Shown here one piece after another: positions 50,353 to 63,345 of a DNA stretch of 64,000 nt (position 1 is the first letter of the stretch; each line of letters begins with the position of its first letter). The stretch covers positions 40,548,001 through 40,612,000 of the forward strand of contig JAGIQG010000008.1 of the NCBI GenBank assembly GCA_024679065.1, given 5' to 3'. Source of the stretch: Sphyrna mokarran (taxonomy: Eukaryota). Below the pieces are notes generated by a model, which had not been told where the DNA came from, ran no database searches, and saw only the letters and a program-made list of their open reading frames with translations. Position numbers and translations under genes: made by a program.

Positions 50353-52759
50353 TATTTTATATGGTGTTTAGCTTTTGTATTTTATCCCGTGAAGAAAACT
50401 GAGAAACTATTGCTACAATGCCGTCACAATACTTTAAGTAGATACTTCTACAGCAGTATAATCCCTACTGCTGCAGATTCTGAAAGCAAGAGGTTTACAA
50501 TGCTTTGACAGTGTAAATATTTGTTGTATCGGTGTGCAGAAAGAAGAAAGACTGACCCGGTTTAAGCTGAGTCCACTATTAAACGGCCCTTTCATTTTCC
50601 TCCACAACTTCCGTTCTATCACACGATTCTCCAGCAAAATTAAAGTTAAGCATAAAGTAACCCCCAAAAACTCCTATTTATTTTAAGCAGAAACAACACA
50701 ATCAGAACCCGATTGACGTTTGCAAAAGTTATAGGGGAAAAATTTCCTGAAGGATTTTTCCAATACAAAAGGACGGATAATGACAAATATCCCTGGGTTA
50801 TTTTTAAAACACCTTGTCTCAACAAATTATGAATAATATTATTAGATTAGGAACAAGAAAAACGCCGGATTTTTTAAACGCCTAAATGATCCGTTATTGT
50901 GCTGAGGGACTGCTTTTTAAATGTCAATGTTGTGATTTATGTACCAGAGAATTTTCTAGTAAAACCAGTAACAGTGATAGATATTAATAAATGTGAACCG
51001 AAAATGGGCTTCGCTTTGATACAGTAGGACTATTGTGTTATGATAGAAAGTGATCTGAAGAACAGGATCGAAAAAGATCAAGCATCTGGAACATCATATG
51101 GAAAACCGACAGATATATCGAAAGTGGTTTGGCGAAGTGGTTTTGGTCAATGTGTGCTTACATAATACCGTTATAACATATTCGCGTCTATATAAACATT
51201 AATGAGATTTATTTTAATTGTTTTAAATATTTAAACGTTCATTTCTTTCCTTGGTGAAATCATCAGTTTACAAGTGGCCACCTGAATCACAACTCAGAAA
51301 TAATTAGGGACATTAAACCGTATATTCGGTCTCCTTAAAGTAGTTGGAAATATACAAATTTAAACACAGTCCTTTACTGGATTGCACCTATTGTGTAAAA
51401 GGTGGAAAGTTCATTTCCGGTTGATAACCCAAAGCAAACAATGCATACTCAATAAAAACTTGATCCAAGGACTATTTCGTTTTTCCTCCAGACTCCAAGT
51501 TTTCTTTCGCTTTGCTGAGAAAGAAAATCTATTTGTAGCACTCCAGGCCTGTGGTGCATTTTAGAAGTGTTATCTCCAGTGGGAGACAACAGTGGGGGAA
51601 AATTGCTTGCTTAAATTTTTAATTTTGCCTATTCATTTGGCCGGGTTGGGATGTGAACAGTATTTATTTCCATTTACAAACAAAGGCTAAAAGTTAACCT
51701 AACACATTTCTGAGATATGCTTGGCTGACCCTGGCCGCATCAAATCCCTGGGTTGTTTCTGAAGCATTTGCATTTTACCCGTTAATATTGTATCTTGTCT
51801 GAAGATTGTTTCACCGACAAATAAAACTAAATTTTTGGTATTAAATGCTGCAAATTCCTACTTGATCTGAGCTGAATTATGTTTCTTGCGCTTACTTTTG
51901 TTTAATTAACCCTTTCTTTGCACACTTCGGTATTTAAGACCAAAAGCATGCAGCACAGATGATACAGAACGTCGCAGTGGTGTGACTTACTGCAATGTTT
52001 GAATTCTAAAAGCAAAAGGCCAATGTTGAAACGTTCCAAGAGGCAATCTCCAGGGAGTTTAATTAACTCATGACAAAAGCGAATCTTTTTTTTTAAATAA
52101 AAGTTTATCTTCATAATAATATTTTTCTCGAGGAAAAAATAAATCAATCTTCTACACACGCCTCAAAATCTGCTTTCATTCGGACTCATGCCAACGAAAA
52201 CTTCACATCTATTTCTTTCAGAGCTATACCTATAGTTTTGGGTTACTTTATTTTAAAATAAATCTCATTTCATGTATTAAGCATTAAGGGTTATGTTAAA
52301 CTAAACTCAATCCTCTACTCAAAATTATAGAAATAAATTTGTAAGTGCAATATATGTCTAATCTCGAAATGTACTAAATATTATTGATTCTAAAAGGTTT
52401 TCAGAAAATTAAATGTCTTGTGTAATTAAAGAGTGCTGGAGGTAATTGCATTCAATCATTTCATTTAATTGCGGAACAAATGGAAATGAAAACAATTTGC
52501 TGCTCAAAACTTTGTAACTATTTAACAGTTAACTTGTAAATTGACCAGTTCAATTCTTTGAGAATTGAAAGCTTGCCTAGGTATCGTTGATGTACAAATA
52601 TCCATATAGCCATGAATGAGTGCAAATTATTGTCCTGGATACTATAAACACCCAATGTTTCCAGTTTTTCTACAGTTGTTTGCTCACAGTTTCAGTTTTA
52701 TCTCTGTTGATCAAATTAATTAATATTAGTTTAGTTTCAAAATATATTCAGGCAGAATT

Positions 52760-54312
52760 GTAAATTAGTGTTACATTTTTGCGTACAGAGGGAGTTGCTG
52801 TTACATTTTGGATGAGAATGAGGTCATTAATTTTACATTTTACTAGTGGGGCAAATAGGGATCAATGTTGCATATTCAAAGATAAATCGGGAAATTAACA
52901 AGGTTACATTTTCAGGGTGTGAATATGGGATTGGATGTTAATTCTTTGGGTAAAACTGGAGGGATTAATATTAATTATTCTGGTGAGATCAGGCAAATTA
53001 ATATAATGTTTTCAGATGAAAAATGAAGAATTAACATATGTTTCGTGTGATTGAGAGTTAATGCTACATTTTCTGGGCAAAAAAGAAATCAATGTTACAC
53101 TTTTGGGTGAAATTGGAAGTATTGATGTTACTTTATGGATGAGATTAGAAGAACTGATATATTTATTTCTGTTGAAGAATGGGAAATTGAATGTTACATT
53201 TGTGAAAGAGAATGGGGGAATTAAATATATAATTTACAAAGTGGAAATAGGGAAAAATAATGTTATATTTCTGGGTGACGATTATGATAATTACTGTTTC
53301 TTTTTGAGTGTGAATTAATGTGCTGATTTAAAAAAAGGATAGATTTCAGGCTTAGAATGAGGAATTAATATAATAAATTCTGCTGAAACTGGAAGAAATT
53401 GTTGACATTTGTTGGTTCGGTATGAGAAAACATTATCTTTCTGGGGTGGAAATGAAGGAATGAATGTTACATTTTAGGGTGAGAATGGGAAAAATCAAGG
53501 TCACATTTTTTGGATGAGATTGAGAGAATTATATTTACAGTATCTGGGTTGGAGCGGGGAAACACATTTTCTGAGTAAGAATGAAAATTAATGTTTCATT
53601 TTTTGTGGAAAGGGATAATTAAAGTTACATTTTCTGGATGAAAATGAAAAAATTGTAGTTAAGTTTCCAGGTGAATATGGGAATTAGTAGTACATTTATG
53701 GATGAATATGGGAGAATTAATATTATGCTTATAGAACATAGAACACTACAGCACAAACAGGCCCTTTGGCCCAAAAGTTGTGCCAATCATATCCCTATCT
53801 ACTAGGCCTATCTATCACCCTCAATCCCATTAAATCCCATGTACTCATCCAGAAGTCTCTTAAAAGACCCCCAGTTCGCCTCCACCACCACCGACAGCAG
53901 CCGATTCCACTCACTCACCACCCTCTGAGTGAAAAACTTATCCAGACATCTCCTCTGTGCCACAGCAGTGACAAATGTAGACAGAATGTGGACAAGTATT
54001 GGGGAATTAATGTTACATTTCTTGGGTGCAAGTGGTGAATTAATGTTACGCCTATGTTTAAATATATGGGAATTTATGTTATATTTTCTGTATGTGAATG
54101 AGGAAATTAAATGTTAAATTTTTGTTTATTAATGTTATATTTTCTATTAGTTATATATTTTGTATGAATTAAGAGGCTGATGTTATATAATCTGGGCAAG
54201 AGTTTGGAATTAATACATTTTCTGGGTAGCAATAGGGAATTGATAAGTTTTATAGGCGAAAAGCAAAAACTAATGTTACATTTTGTGGGTAAGAATGCAA
54301 TAGAAATCATGT
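52760..54312. repeat. Degenerate ~33-37 bp minisatellite, consensus about GGGAATTAATGTTACATTTTCTGGGTGAGAAT
   Basis: The TGTTACATTT core and variants recur with regular spacing; interrupted by a CR1 tail. Confidence 0.85.
53731..53958 (-). mobile_element. CR1 3' end inserted in the minisatellite
   Basis: ATAGAACATAGAACACTACAGCACAAACAGGCCC, the reverse of the (TTCTATG)n tail, followed by CCACCCTCTGAGTGAAAAA (FFTQRVV). Confidence 0.85.
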
Positions 54313-55062
54313 TACAGAAAAATAAAGATATCTGATTTTCAGTGACCTTATCTTTATTGATGGTAATTAAATATTTTTGTTTAACTAACTTTGCAAATTG
54401 CTAAAATGGTTTAAATTATTTGGTTGTTTTTCTATACAATCTTCTAACTAGAATGGAAATTCAAACCCAGACAAATTTAAATTTAAGACTATTACTTGGA
54501 ATTAATTTTCACAGGTTGTCCAGGCACATAGAGAAAATGTTTGATAGAAAAGATTAGAAAGTCACGAAAAAAAAATGCGTTCAGACCAGGAACCACACTT
54601 TGAATAGTGTAAACTAGTAGTGCAGAATGGTAAATAATTTACCTAACTAATTTGTTGTTTGATGATACAGTGTAGAGAAAGGAAAAGCACAACATGTATT
54701 GTGTCCCTGTGGAGAGGGAGGAAGTGCACAGGCATAATTAGGTAGGTTCTTAAAAATGATTTTGCAGAAGTTAGCACATCTATCAACCTTTATAAAAGGT
54801 AAAAGCTAACAGTGTATTTTTGGAGAATCAAAATTGTGATAATTGAACATGGGGAATTTTCAAAGTTCTGTAAATTCACATTTAGGTTTTCTTCTGTTGA
54901 GAGACATTTAACTAAATATATAATTGTTTTGTGATTCAATATTTCTCATTTTATAAAAATAGATTGTATTAGATTATACATTTGACATTAAATCATATTT
55001 CTAAATACCATGTACAGGGATTCAATCTTATTTTATTAATTTTTCTGTACATTAATTTGTTA

Positions 55063-55206
55063 TGATGTAGAGATGCTGGCATTGGACTGGGGTAAACACA
55101 GCAAGAGGTCTGACAACACTCGTTTTAAATCCAAACAATTTATTTGATAGTCTACTATCAAATAAATCGGTTATATTTAAAACTGGTGTTGTCAGACCTC
55201 TTGCTG
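55063..55206. mobile_element. Short Penelope-type hairpin insertion with 13-bp TSD
   Basis: CATTAATTTGTTA at 55050-55062 and 55207-55219; arms ~55099-55151 and 55154-55206; same family as 43942-44204. Confidence 0.8.
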
Positions 55207-55739
55207 CATTAATTTGTTACCATTCTTACCCAGAAAATGTGATTTAACTTTGCAATCAAATCCAAATGACTTTTTTTAAGATTGGACAGAGAATTCCTGA
55301 TTGATTATTTAGTATCAGTCAATATTAGATCATATAAGGTAAAGTTCTTTCAGGTGAATTTTCTTTTGCCTGGCTTCACACCAGAAATAGGCAGCATGTT
55401 AGAATTGCATGCTAGAAGGAAGAAGCCTGAAGCTCATCTGAAATTTGTCCCCCCATCTAGTGAGTGATAGAAGTCAATTGGGTGCCCAGAAGTAATGCAT
55501 CAATTCTACGAGGACAAAGTTAGGTTAAGTGCAAGGCAATCAGGAGGGAAAGTCAGGTGTTTAAGCAAGAACTGCCACTGTGGAGGTGTAAGGAGCAAGT
55601 GTGTTCCTCCTGGCTCCATACTGAGTTAAGTATCTATTTTCATTTTCCTTTATGGAAGCCTCATAAATCCTTTAAAGACTGCTGGTTAGGTCATGTTAGC
55701 ATGCTTTATCCTGCTAGGCTCAGCATAGGCTTTGTTCAG

Positions 55740-55936
55740 AACCAGAGAATCCCTATAGTGCTGAAAGAGGTCATATGGCCCATGGAATCTTTGCGAAAGA
55801 ATATCCTATGTAGGTCCTCCCCTCCACTCCATAACATTGCATATTTACCAAGGCGAATCCACCTAACTTACATATCCTTTGGACACAATGGGGCAATTTA
55901 GCATGGCCAATCCACCTAATCTGCACATCTTTGGAT
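55740..55936 (-). mobile_element. V-SINE 3' half, CR1-tail subtype
   Basis: GGGCAATTTAGCATGGCCAATCCACCTAATCTGCACATCTTTGGA and tail AGAATCCCTATAGTG. Confidence 0.75.
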
Positions 55937-56219
55937 ACTTAATTTTGGAAAGAGGATTGGAAGCAAGTGTTATTCCACTGCTCCCACCACTACACCATTT
56001 GTCCTGGATGGCTACACTGGAGCACTTACCAATATGGCAGGTGGAATACAGCTGACACAAAATGTATACACACAGATTGCCCACCATATTGGATGATTAA
56101 GTGACAATTTTACACATATAAAGTAAGCACAATGCCAATTAATTTCTAATATTTTATGTTATTCCTTATAAGACATTATCTAGCAGCATTATTATGATGC
56201 ATCAAAACAGCATACAATG

Positions 56220-56395
56220 TAATAAAAGCAAAATACTTCAGACGGTGGAAATCTGAAATAAAAACAGAAAATGCTGGAAAAACTCAAAGAAGGCTGTGAA
56301 GAGTAATTTGAGTTTGAAACATTAACTCTGTTTCTCTCTCTGTAAATGCTGCCAAACCTGCTGAATTTTTTCAGTATTTTCTGTCCTTGTTTCAA
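56220..56395. mobile_element. Penelope-type hairpin element
   Basis: AAAACAGAAAATGCTGGAAAAACTCA ... TGAATTTTTTCAGTATTTTCTGT inverted arms. Confidence 0.65.
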
Positions 56396-57009
56396 TGTGT
56401 ATTGTAGTTCTGCCATCTGCCAGAATAACCTTTGGAATGGTTAAAAACCCTACCACCTTTTCCCAATAATTTGCCACAGTAGTAATATACAGTCAGGATC
56501 TGATTACCATTAACCACAGAGTGTTAGAATTCTTACTCAAGCTGTTGGTTTTATTAGATCAATGTATTTCAACAATCCATTGAGGTGCAAATGACATTTA
56601 GGTTTAAAGTCCCTTAAGAGTATGGCAAAGATTATCGCCAAGGGGTATCACTGATGTACTATTTTGCTTTCCTGCTATTATCTCCTGAAGATATTCAATA
56701 CCTATTGGATTCCAGTTTCAGGGCTACTAGGTGCCATTTATCACCTTGTACAATTGGCCAATATTTATATATGACTCTTGCCAGTGACTTTAAACAGATT
56801 ATTCAACTCAAAGGAAATCAGAGCTAAACTAAATCCTATCCTCATTTGACTCCATATACACTCACAGCTGGGATTTCTATCAAGAGTGAAAGCTATTACC
56901 AAAAATTTCCATTTTTAGTCCAAGGTTACTGAGGCCAATTATAGCTCCACACCGGCTGGAATCGGTTAACTCAATGCAGACCAAACCAGGAACTTCCTTA
57001 AAACCAAAT

Positions 57010-57181
57010 TAAAGTACTACAGGATACTAAAGATTTGAAATGAAAACAGAAAGTGCTTAAAAACTCAGCAGATCTGGAAGAAATATGGAGAGAAAAACAG
57101 ACTTGAAACATTAACTCTGTTTCTCTCTCCACAGATGCTGTCAGACCAGCTGAGTTTGTCCAGCACTTTGTTTTTATTTCA
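57010..57181. mobile_element. Penelope-type hairpin element
   Basis: TGAAATGAAAACAGAAAGTGCT...ACTCAGCAGATCTGG pairs with CAGACCAGCTGAGTTTGTCCAGCACTTTGTTTTTATTTCA. Confidence 0.7.
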
Positions 57182-60100
57182 GGAGCTTTCTTGATCTGTC
57201 AGATTCACAATATGTTTAAAACATTTTGATGTTCAAATTAATTTTTAAGACGTTATTTCTGACAATAACATAACCACCTGCTCTACTGGTTCACTCTCAT
57301 AATTCAAAATTGACCAGTTCTCACAGAGATGAAAATTTCAAACTTTCTCTCCAAAAGGATCAATTGAAATTTGCCAGACTGAGATTGGTAAGATTTTTGT
57401 TGAACAATAATTACAATGGAAATGGAACAAAACTGGATAAATGGAGTTGAAATATAGATCCACCGTGATTTAATTGAATGGCAGAACAAACTGAAGGGGC
57501 TGAATGGCTTAATTTTATTCCTTTCTAGATAAAATATTAGTGGGGCTTGGCACCTGTGTGCAAGCAATCAGGCATCAAGCTCTTTTTCCAGTCAGAGTAA
57601 CGCAGGTATTTTCAGTAATTTGGATCTGTCAATCTGTATTGTATTCTACAAATACCAACGTGTTATGTAGAATGATGAAGATCCTAAGAGTTCCATTTTT
57701 TCCCTCTTGCATCTCTATAGATATTCTTCTAGCAATTATTGGTACCAATAGTTTAACTCCAGTTTTTTCTAGCTCTGTTGAGAGAGTAAACAAGTTTTGG
57801 ATTTTTTTTAATTTGAAAAGGCATTTTTTATAACCACACCAGTATTTGTTTATGATTCATCTTTGACTTAGGCTACATAAACAATTGCAATGATGACTCC
57901 CCGCAATATACATTTGTCACTGCATTATCCAATTTGTTGCACCAGAATAAAATCCAACAATGTCTATTTTCCCCTTGATTTGCCATTTTAAAGCTGTTAA
58001 TACAGCCAGAGCCAATTTATAAAATTAAAATAACTGCATTTCTGCTGTAAATAATTTCATATACGCAATGTTTCAACTTTTACATGTAAGTAATTACTTT
58101 TGTATGACACAGTGAAGTATCATTAGTAAAGACATTTCTAGTATAATTAACAAAAAATAAACAGGCTGAGATTATTGACATCCGGTTGCCACTGCCTCGC
58201 TGAAGAAGAAAGAGAAAAATCTTCTAAATCACGCTGAATTTACTAGGTCCAAATGTCAGAAAATGAATTCAACAGAAATTTATTGCACATTATTTTCCAA
58301 GGTAGTTTTCTTGGCCAACGACCATGGACCTATCTGTTTGCATCAAATACTTTTTTCAGCTGCAGTCTTTTAGTAATTTTATATTTTTTAGTAATTTTAA
58401 TATAATTGCAACATAAATTACTTTGAAAGATTGCTAATCTGATTTGTCAAACAGCCAACCCCACCAGCTCAATTTGTCTTGTGTGAAATTATCCTGCAAG
58501 TTTCCACATTGCATCAACCCAATGTGAGCAGTGCAATTAGATTAACACTTGAAACTTGTGTTAATTTAATCTCTTTCTGGGGGTGAAGGATTATGTTAAA
58601 GGATCAGCATAAAGTGAAATGGACAAATGTCCTCACTCCTAAATGGTTCCAGGCTGTTCCAACTTTGTACCCATTGCAATCTTGCAATCGGTTGAGGTTT
58701 AAAATTTAATGATGTTAATTGAAAATGCCTGAAGTTAGAGGTTCGAAATTTCAGAGTGGTACATTCATTCTTAAGGTTTAACTCACTTGTTTGAAATTTC
58801 ATTCTTCATTATTTTAGTAAACGTGCTCGTGTTTTTCAAAGGAATGGCTTAACACCTCCGCTAATATTGTGGAGAAAGGAATTGCAGACAAATTCGCTAA
58901 ACATTCCACAGTGTGACTTAAGTGCCAAAGTTTCTAACAACACAGAATAACTGACAAATGTCAACGGAGCGGTTTCAATGGCAGTTGGAAGCCATTGTGA
59001 GTGGTGTGTTGGAGTGCACATACCAATCTTCCTTTGCCAAATGGACAGTAAGCATATGGAGGGTAGATACAAAAACAGTTGTGGAATTACACAATGTATC
59101 CATTAACAGAACCTATCCTGTTTATCTCAATGTTAATATCAATTCCATGTTGCTTCCCTGGTCTAATGTTAGTGATATCATATCACATATCCCAATGGAA
59201 TAGCTCCAGTAGATAAATGCAATAATGGAATTTTAATTTTAATCCTAAGATTCGAAAACTCAACCAAAGGCTGACATGATTTTAAAAAAGACTGCATGGA
59301 AGGTTGACTTACAGTAGTTTAGAACAAAGTTTTTCAGACTAAATTCGAAAATAAAACTGAGACCCTGAGAATTTCAATATAAACCTTTGCCTTTAACATT
59401 TAATCCGTTTTAATGCGAATTGTGACCCACAGTCTTGTGTTTCTTATGTTTAATAAATGGCCATCTTATCAGCACTATGTCACAACTGCAACTTAAGGTG
59501 AAAAATGAGCATTGCACCTGCTCAGAGTGAGTCTGTCAAGTGGTCACATCTCAACATGTTTGCAGAGATACGTGCACCTTGCAGGAGACTGATGGCCACT
59601 GATCTGCCTGTGCGACCATTTACTGCAAAAAAATCGAATTACAGAAGAAAACTGTCTCAACATCTGTGGGTCGTTCACTCCGCACATCTGCTTAATTAAT
59701 AAGATACAGATCTATCTATTCCAAACAGTGACAGATAGAGCAAGTTAAAATTCTGCATTCAGCTTCCGCTTTACCTAAGCTTGTACACTGATTTATCCCC
59801 TTCCCATTAACTGTCAACACGTAAGAGGTTTTACTGAATCAGAAATGCTCAATACCGATTCATTTTCTATTGAGCGATGTATTTGTTTATTCCTCAATGA
59901 CTTGCAGAGAGAGTACACTGTGTACTCTCTTGGCACTGGGGCTGCATTCTTCCGGAGAGGGAACGTTGTTCTTTTGGCATACGACAACCCATCGCGGTTC
60001 AATGGAGGGAGAGGAATAAAGTCTCTAACACAACCCGGGTTGACACTATTTGTTAAGAGGAGCCATTCTCGATATTGCACTCTGATTCTCAGATGCTGGC

Positions 60101-61684
60101 ATATCGGATTCCTTCACTCCCTTATAACAACGTGCAACAAAGCAACTTTTAGAAACGTTCTATTTGCCATTTTAGAGGGATAGTGCATTGGAGATGACAA
60201 AATAACTTCAATTATTATTTCATTGAATTGATATGTTCGATTTGTTAAATAAATTATACTGATCTGGAGACGGGGCAGAACAACTCAAAGGACAGCAGGA
60301 TTTTTCTAAGTTCTAGTGTCTTGTTGAAAATTCAAGGATATATTTCCCCTAGTGCACGCGAATAGCAAAGATCATTAAGCATTACCACGCAACTCCGCAA
60401 TAAATCTTTGCATCTGTCTTTTCAAGTCGATATAACGTGTTGAGAGACGGTCCTTTAAATACTGAGGTCAGGCTATTTTAGTTGCTGCTTTGGTATTTTG
60501 CGTACAACACCAGAAACAACGCGGCCAGCTGGACTTTACAGCTTCGACACTGACTCTGGGATTTGCTGTTCCTCGCTCTAGCTCACCACTCCCCCCCCTC
60601 CCCCCCGCCGCCTACACACACGCACACACACTTCAGTAGTCCATATAGGGAGTTAAAAGTTTCATTTTCGCCCAAAATCTAACCCCACAGCCTAAAGCCC
60701 ACTTCAAGCTTTTCGCACGGTATTATGACATTGTTATTACAAAATAGATTTGTTAGATTTGTTCATCCAAATTGTTTCCATTCTGCGATTTTGTCCTTTG
60801 CTGCTGACAGTTAAATAACGCATTGAGCGCTCTTTGTGTATCTCTTTCCGCATATTCTCATTAAAGTATCGATGTAACCATTTGGAACACAGAGAATTGC
60901 AGACTAGAAAGCATTTCCAATAATCTAAGAACGTGTATTTTATGTTAAATTGTATAAGAAGGCCGTGCAGATTACGTGAAGCTGGCTTTGGACTGCGGGG
61001 GTAGGGTACAATCGGCGTCCCATGTTGGATGAAAATGAAAGTGTGTTGCTCCCTGTCTGGTTACAGTGCGATTAAACATCAAAGAGATTTAGTTGACTAC
61101 CCAATTTCTTATCTAACGGATGTGATAATACAAGTGTGGTGACCGTTTAGGTTTCTCCGAAGACCGTCAGCAAATGGTTTACATTTTACGGGCAAATGAA
61201 TATTATTCCAATTCTAGGAATATTATTGAATAATAATACAAATGGTTCAACGATCTAGCAGGATCCTAATTCAAACCCATAGCGTTGAATGGTAAATTAT
61301 TTTATGTGACATGTAGAAAAAGATTAAATATGGTTATTTACGTTTAATTGAAATGACAGACAAAATAAAATGCAGGAGTTCCTTGAAATCTTAGAACCTA
61401 TTGCATTTTTGGATGGTGCCGCTGCTGCCGCTTGTGTTGTGCAAACATTTCAATTTTACCAACTGGGAGAGGAGCCCTGAGCATGCGTGTCCAGATCTAA
61501 GACTAGTTGCATGCCGTGCAAATGCTGCTTTCTAGCTCCTTTGCTATTTAGGGGAATCAAATATTTCAAGAATGGAATTTTCCAAAACTAACTGAGTATT
61601 ACTTGAATTTTGGGCGAAAGATGCCTTTATTAAATGTACTTTATTGATTGATCAACTTGCTCCAAGATGGACCAGTGTACCTGT

Positions 61685-62300
61685 TCGGTCGAATGTGTAT
61701 ACATTTCACTGTAGAGTGTCAAGACAGATTTTGCTGCAAGGTTGCATGAATGTATACACTTGCCCATATGTTTAAATGAAGGTTAAGTGAAGATTTTCCT
61801 ATACAGTAAAATGCCTGTGATCTACCTGCATATATTAAATTTAGCCCGTGAGTATATATTTTCTTGCATTATTGAATATCTATAAATTTGTCTGCAAAGC
61901 TAAATGAATGTGGAAATATGTATAGTTAAGTGAATTTGTATATACATAGACTTGTAGTCCCGTGTATGCATATAACTGTCTGTACAATGTATGTGCATGA
62001 GTAGAATGTAGAGTTGAATGTGTTTGCATTTATCTCTGCAGCTGAGAATGTGCAAATTTGCATGTAGTTCGTTGTGTGAATATTGTCTGTACAGTTCAGT
62101 GTCTGTGATTTGCTCCATAGTTGAATGTGTAAATCTATCTGTATAATTGTCTGAAGATTTGCCTGTAGGTATTTATGTGAATTAGCTCCACATTTTAAAC
62201 TGTATATAGATTTGCCCGTATTATTGTGAATGTCTAGAATGAATGTGTAGAATAATAGTTTCATGTATTTATGTAGATTTACCAGTAGATTATCTGTTTG
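61685..62300. repeat. Degenerate ~25-30 bp tandem repeat (TGAATGTGTA..ATTTGCCTGTAG-like)
   Basis: Recurring TGAATGT...ATTT..C.TGTAG units. Confidence 0.65.
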
Positions 62301-62439
62301 ATTTTTTTAAATGGGTATATCATTTTTCTTGTAGAAAATACCAGTGCTCATTAGTATTCTCATAAAAATACATATCTTTTTGTTAATATATCCATTACTC
62401 AAAATTAGTAATAGAAATAACTAATATAATATAATGTCT

Positions 62440-62815
62440 TTCATAACCTCAGAATGTTTTAACACTACTTCACATACAATGATGTACTGTACTTTTGAAA
62501 TGCTGGTGCTGTTCCAATTTAGAGAAGAGCGGTAACCAATTTACACAGTGCAATGTCCCACACACAACAATAAATAAAGTGACTGGCTAACCTGTTTTCA
62601 CAACATTGTTTGAGGATGATATATTGTCTTAATCTTTTCAAATAGTGTCATGGAATCTTTTACATCCATCCAAAAGGATCAACAAGGCCTGTCTTAATAT
62701 CTCTAACAGTGCAGCATTCTTTCAGTACTACATTGGTATCAATTAAAGCTATATGCTCATATCTTTGGATGTGAGCTGGAACCCATAACTTTGTGGTCAG
62801 ATGCAAGACTGGCAA
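62440..62815 (-). mobile_element. Deu-domain SINE, old
   Basis: Reverse complement follows the layout of 15945-16350 and 18695-19640 (ACAGTGCAGCATTCTTTCAGTACT; GGAACCCATAAC). Confidence 0.65.
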
Positions 62816-63345
62816 AAACTAACATTTTACATTTCCAGGTTCTATATTGCTGTTACAATAATAGCAAAGGCATACACAAACATGTATTCAATAATGTTAT
62901 ATGTTTACTTGTCTGCATGTTGCAGGGTTTGACTGTTTTGGTGTTATTATCTAAACTCTTTTCTAAGTCTGTTTATATAAATCAACAATATGAATTAATG
63001 TTAATTGTCAAAATTCAACATCCATTTGTCTCTGCACTTTTTCCTACAGTATATTAATACTTTCAATTTTCCTTTGCAGTGAGCATGTGGAATTCTATAT
63101 AGTGTGCGTTTGCCAAATATTGTATCTAGGATTTTATTTCTGGAATAGTGTGTATATGGAGTTCCAGTTTCAGTAGGGATTTGTCCATAGTCTGGTGTTG
63201 CATGAACTGATTGCATTTACTATATTAGAAAAATTAATAGACTGTATAAGGAAGTCCCTACATTATAATGAATATAAAGATTATCTAAAAAATAATTCAC
63301 AAGCAGATCCAGGTAAAGTATCTAACCATTTCCTGATTACAGAAA

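Noticed and set aside
52760-54312. CRISPR-like repeat-spacer array
   Set aside because: Units are degenerate tandem copies without unique spacers, in a vertebrate locus with no cas genes.
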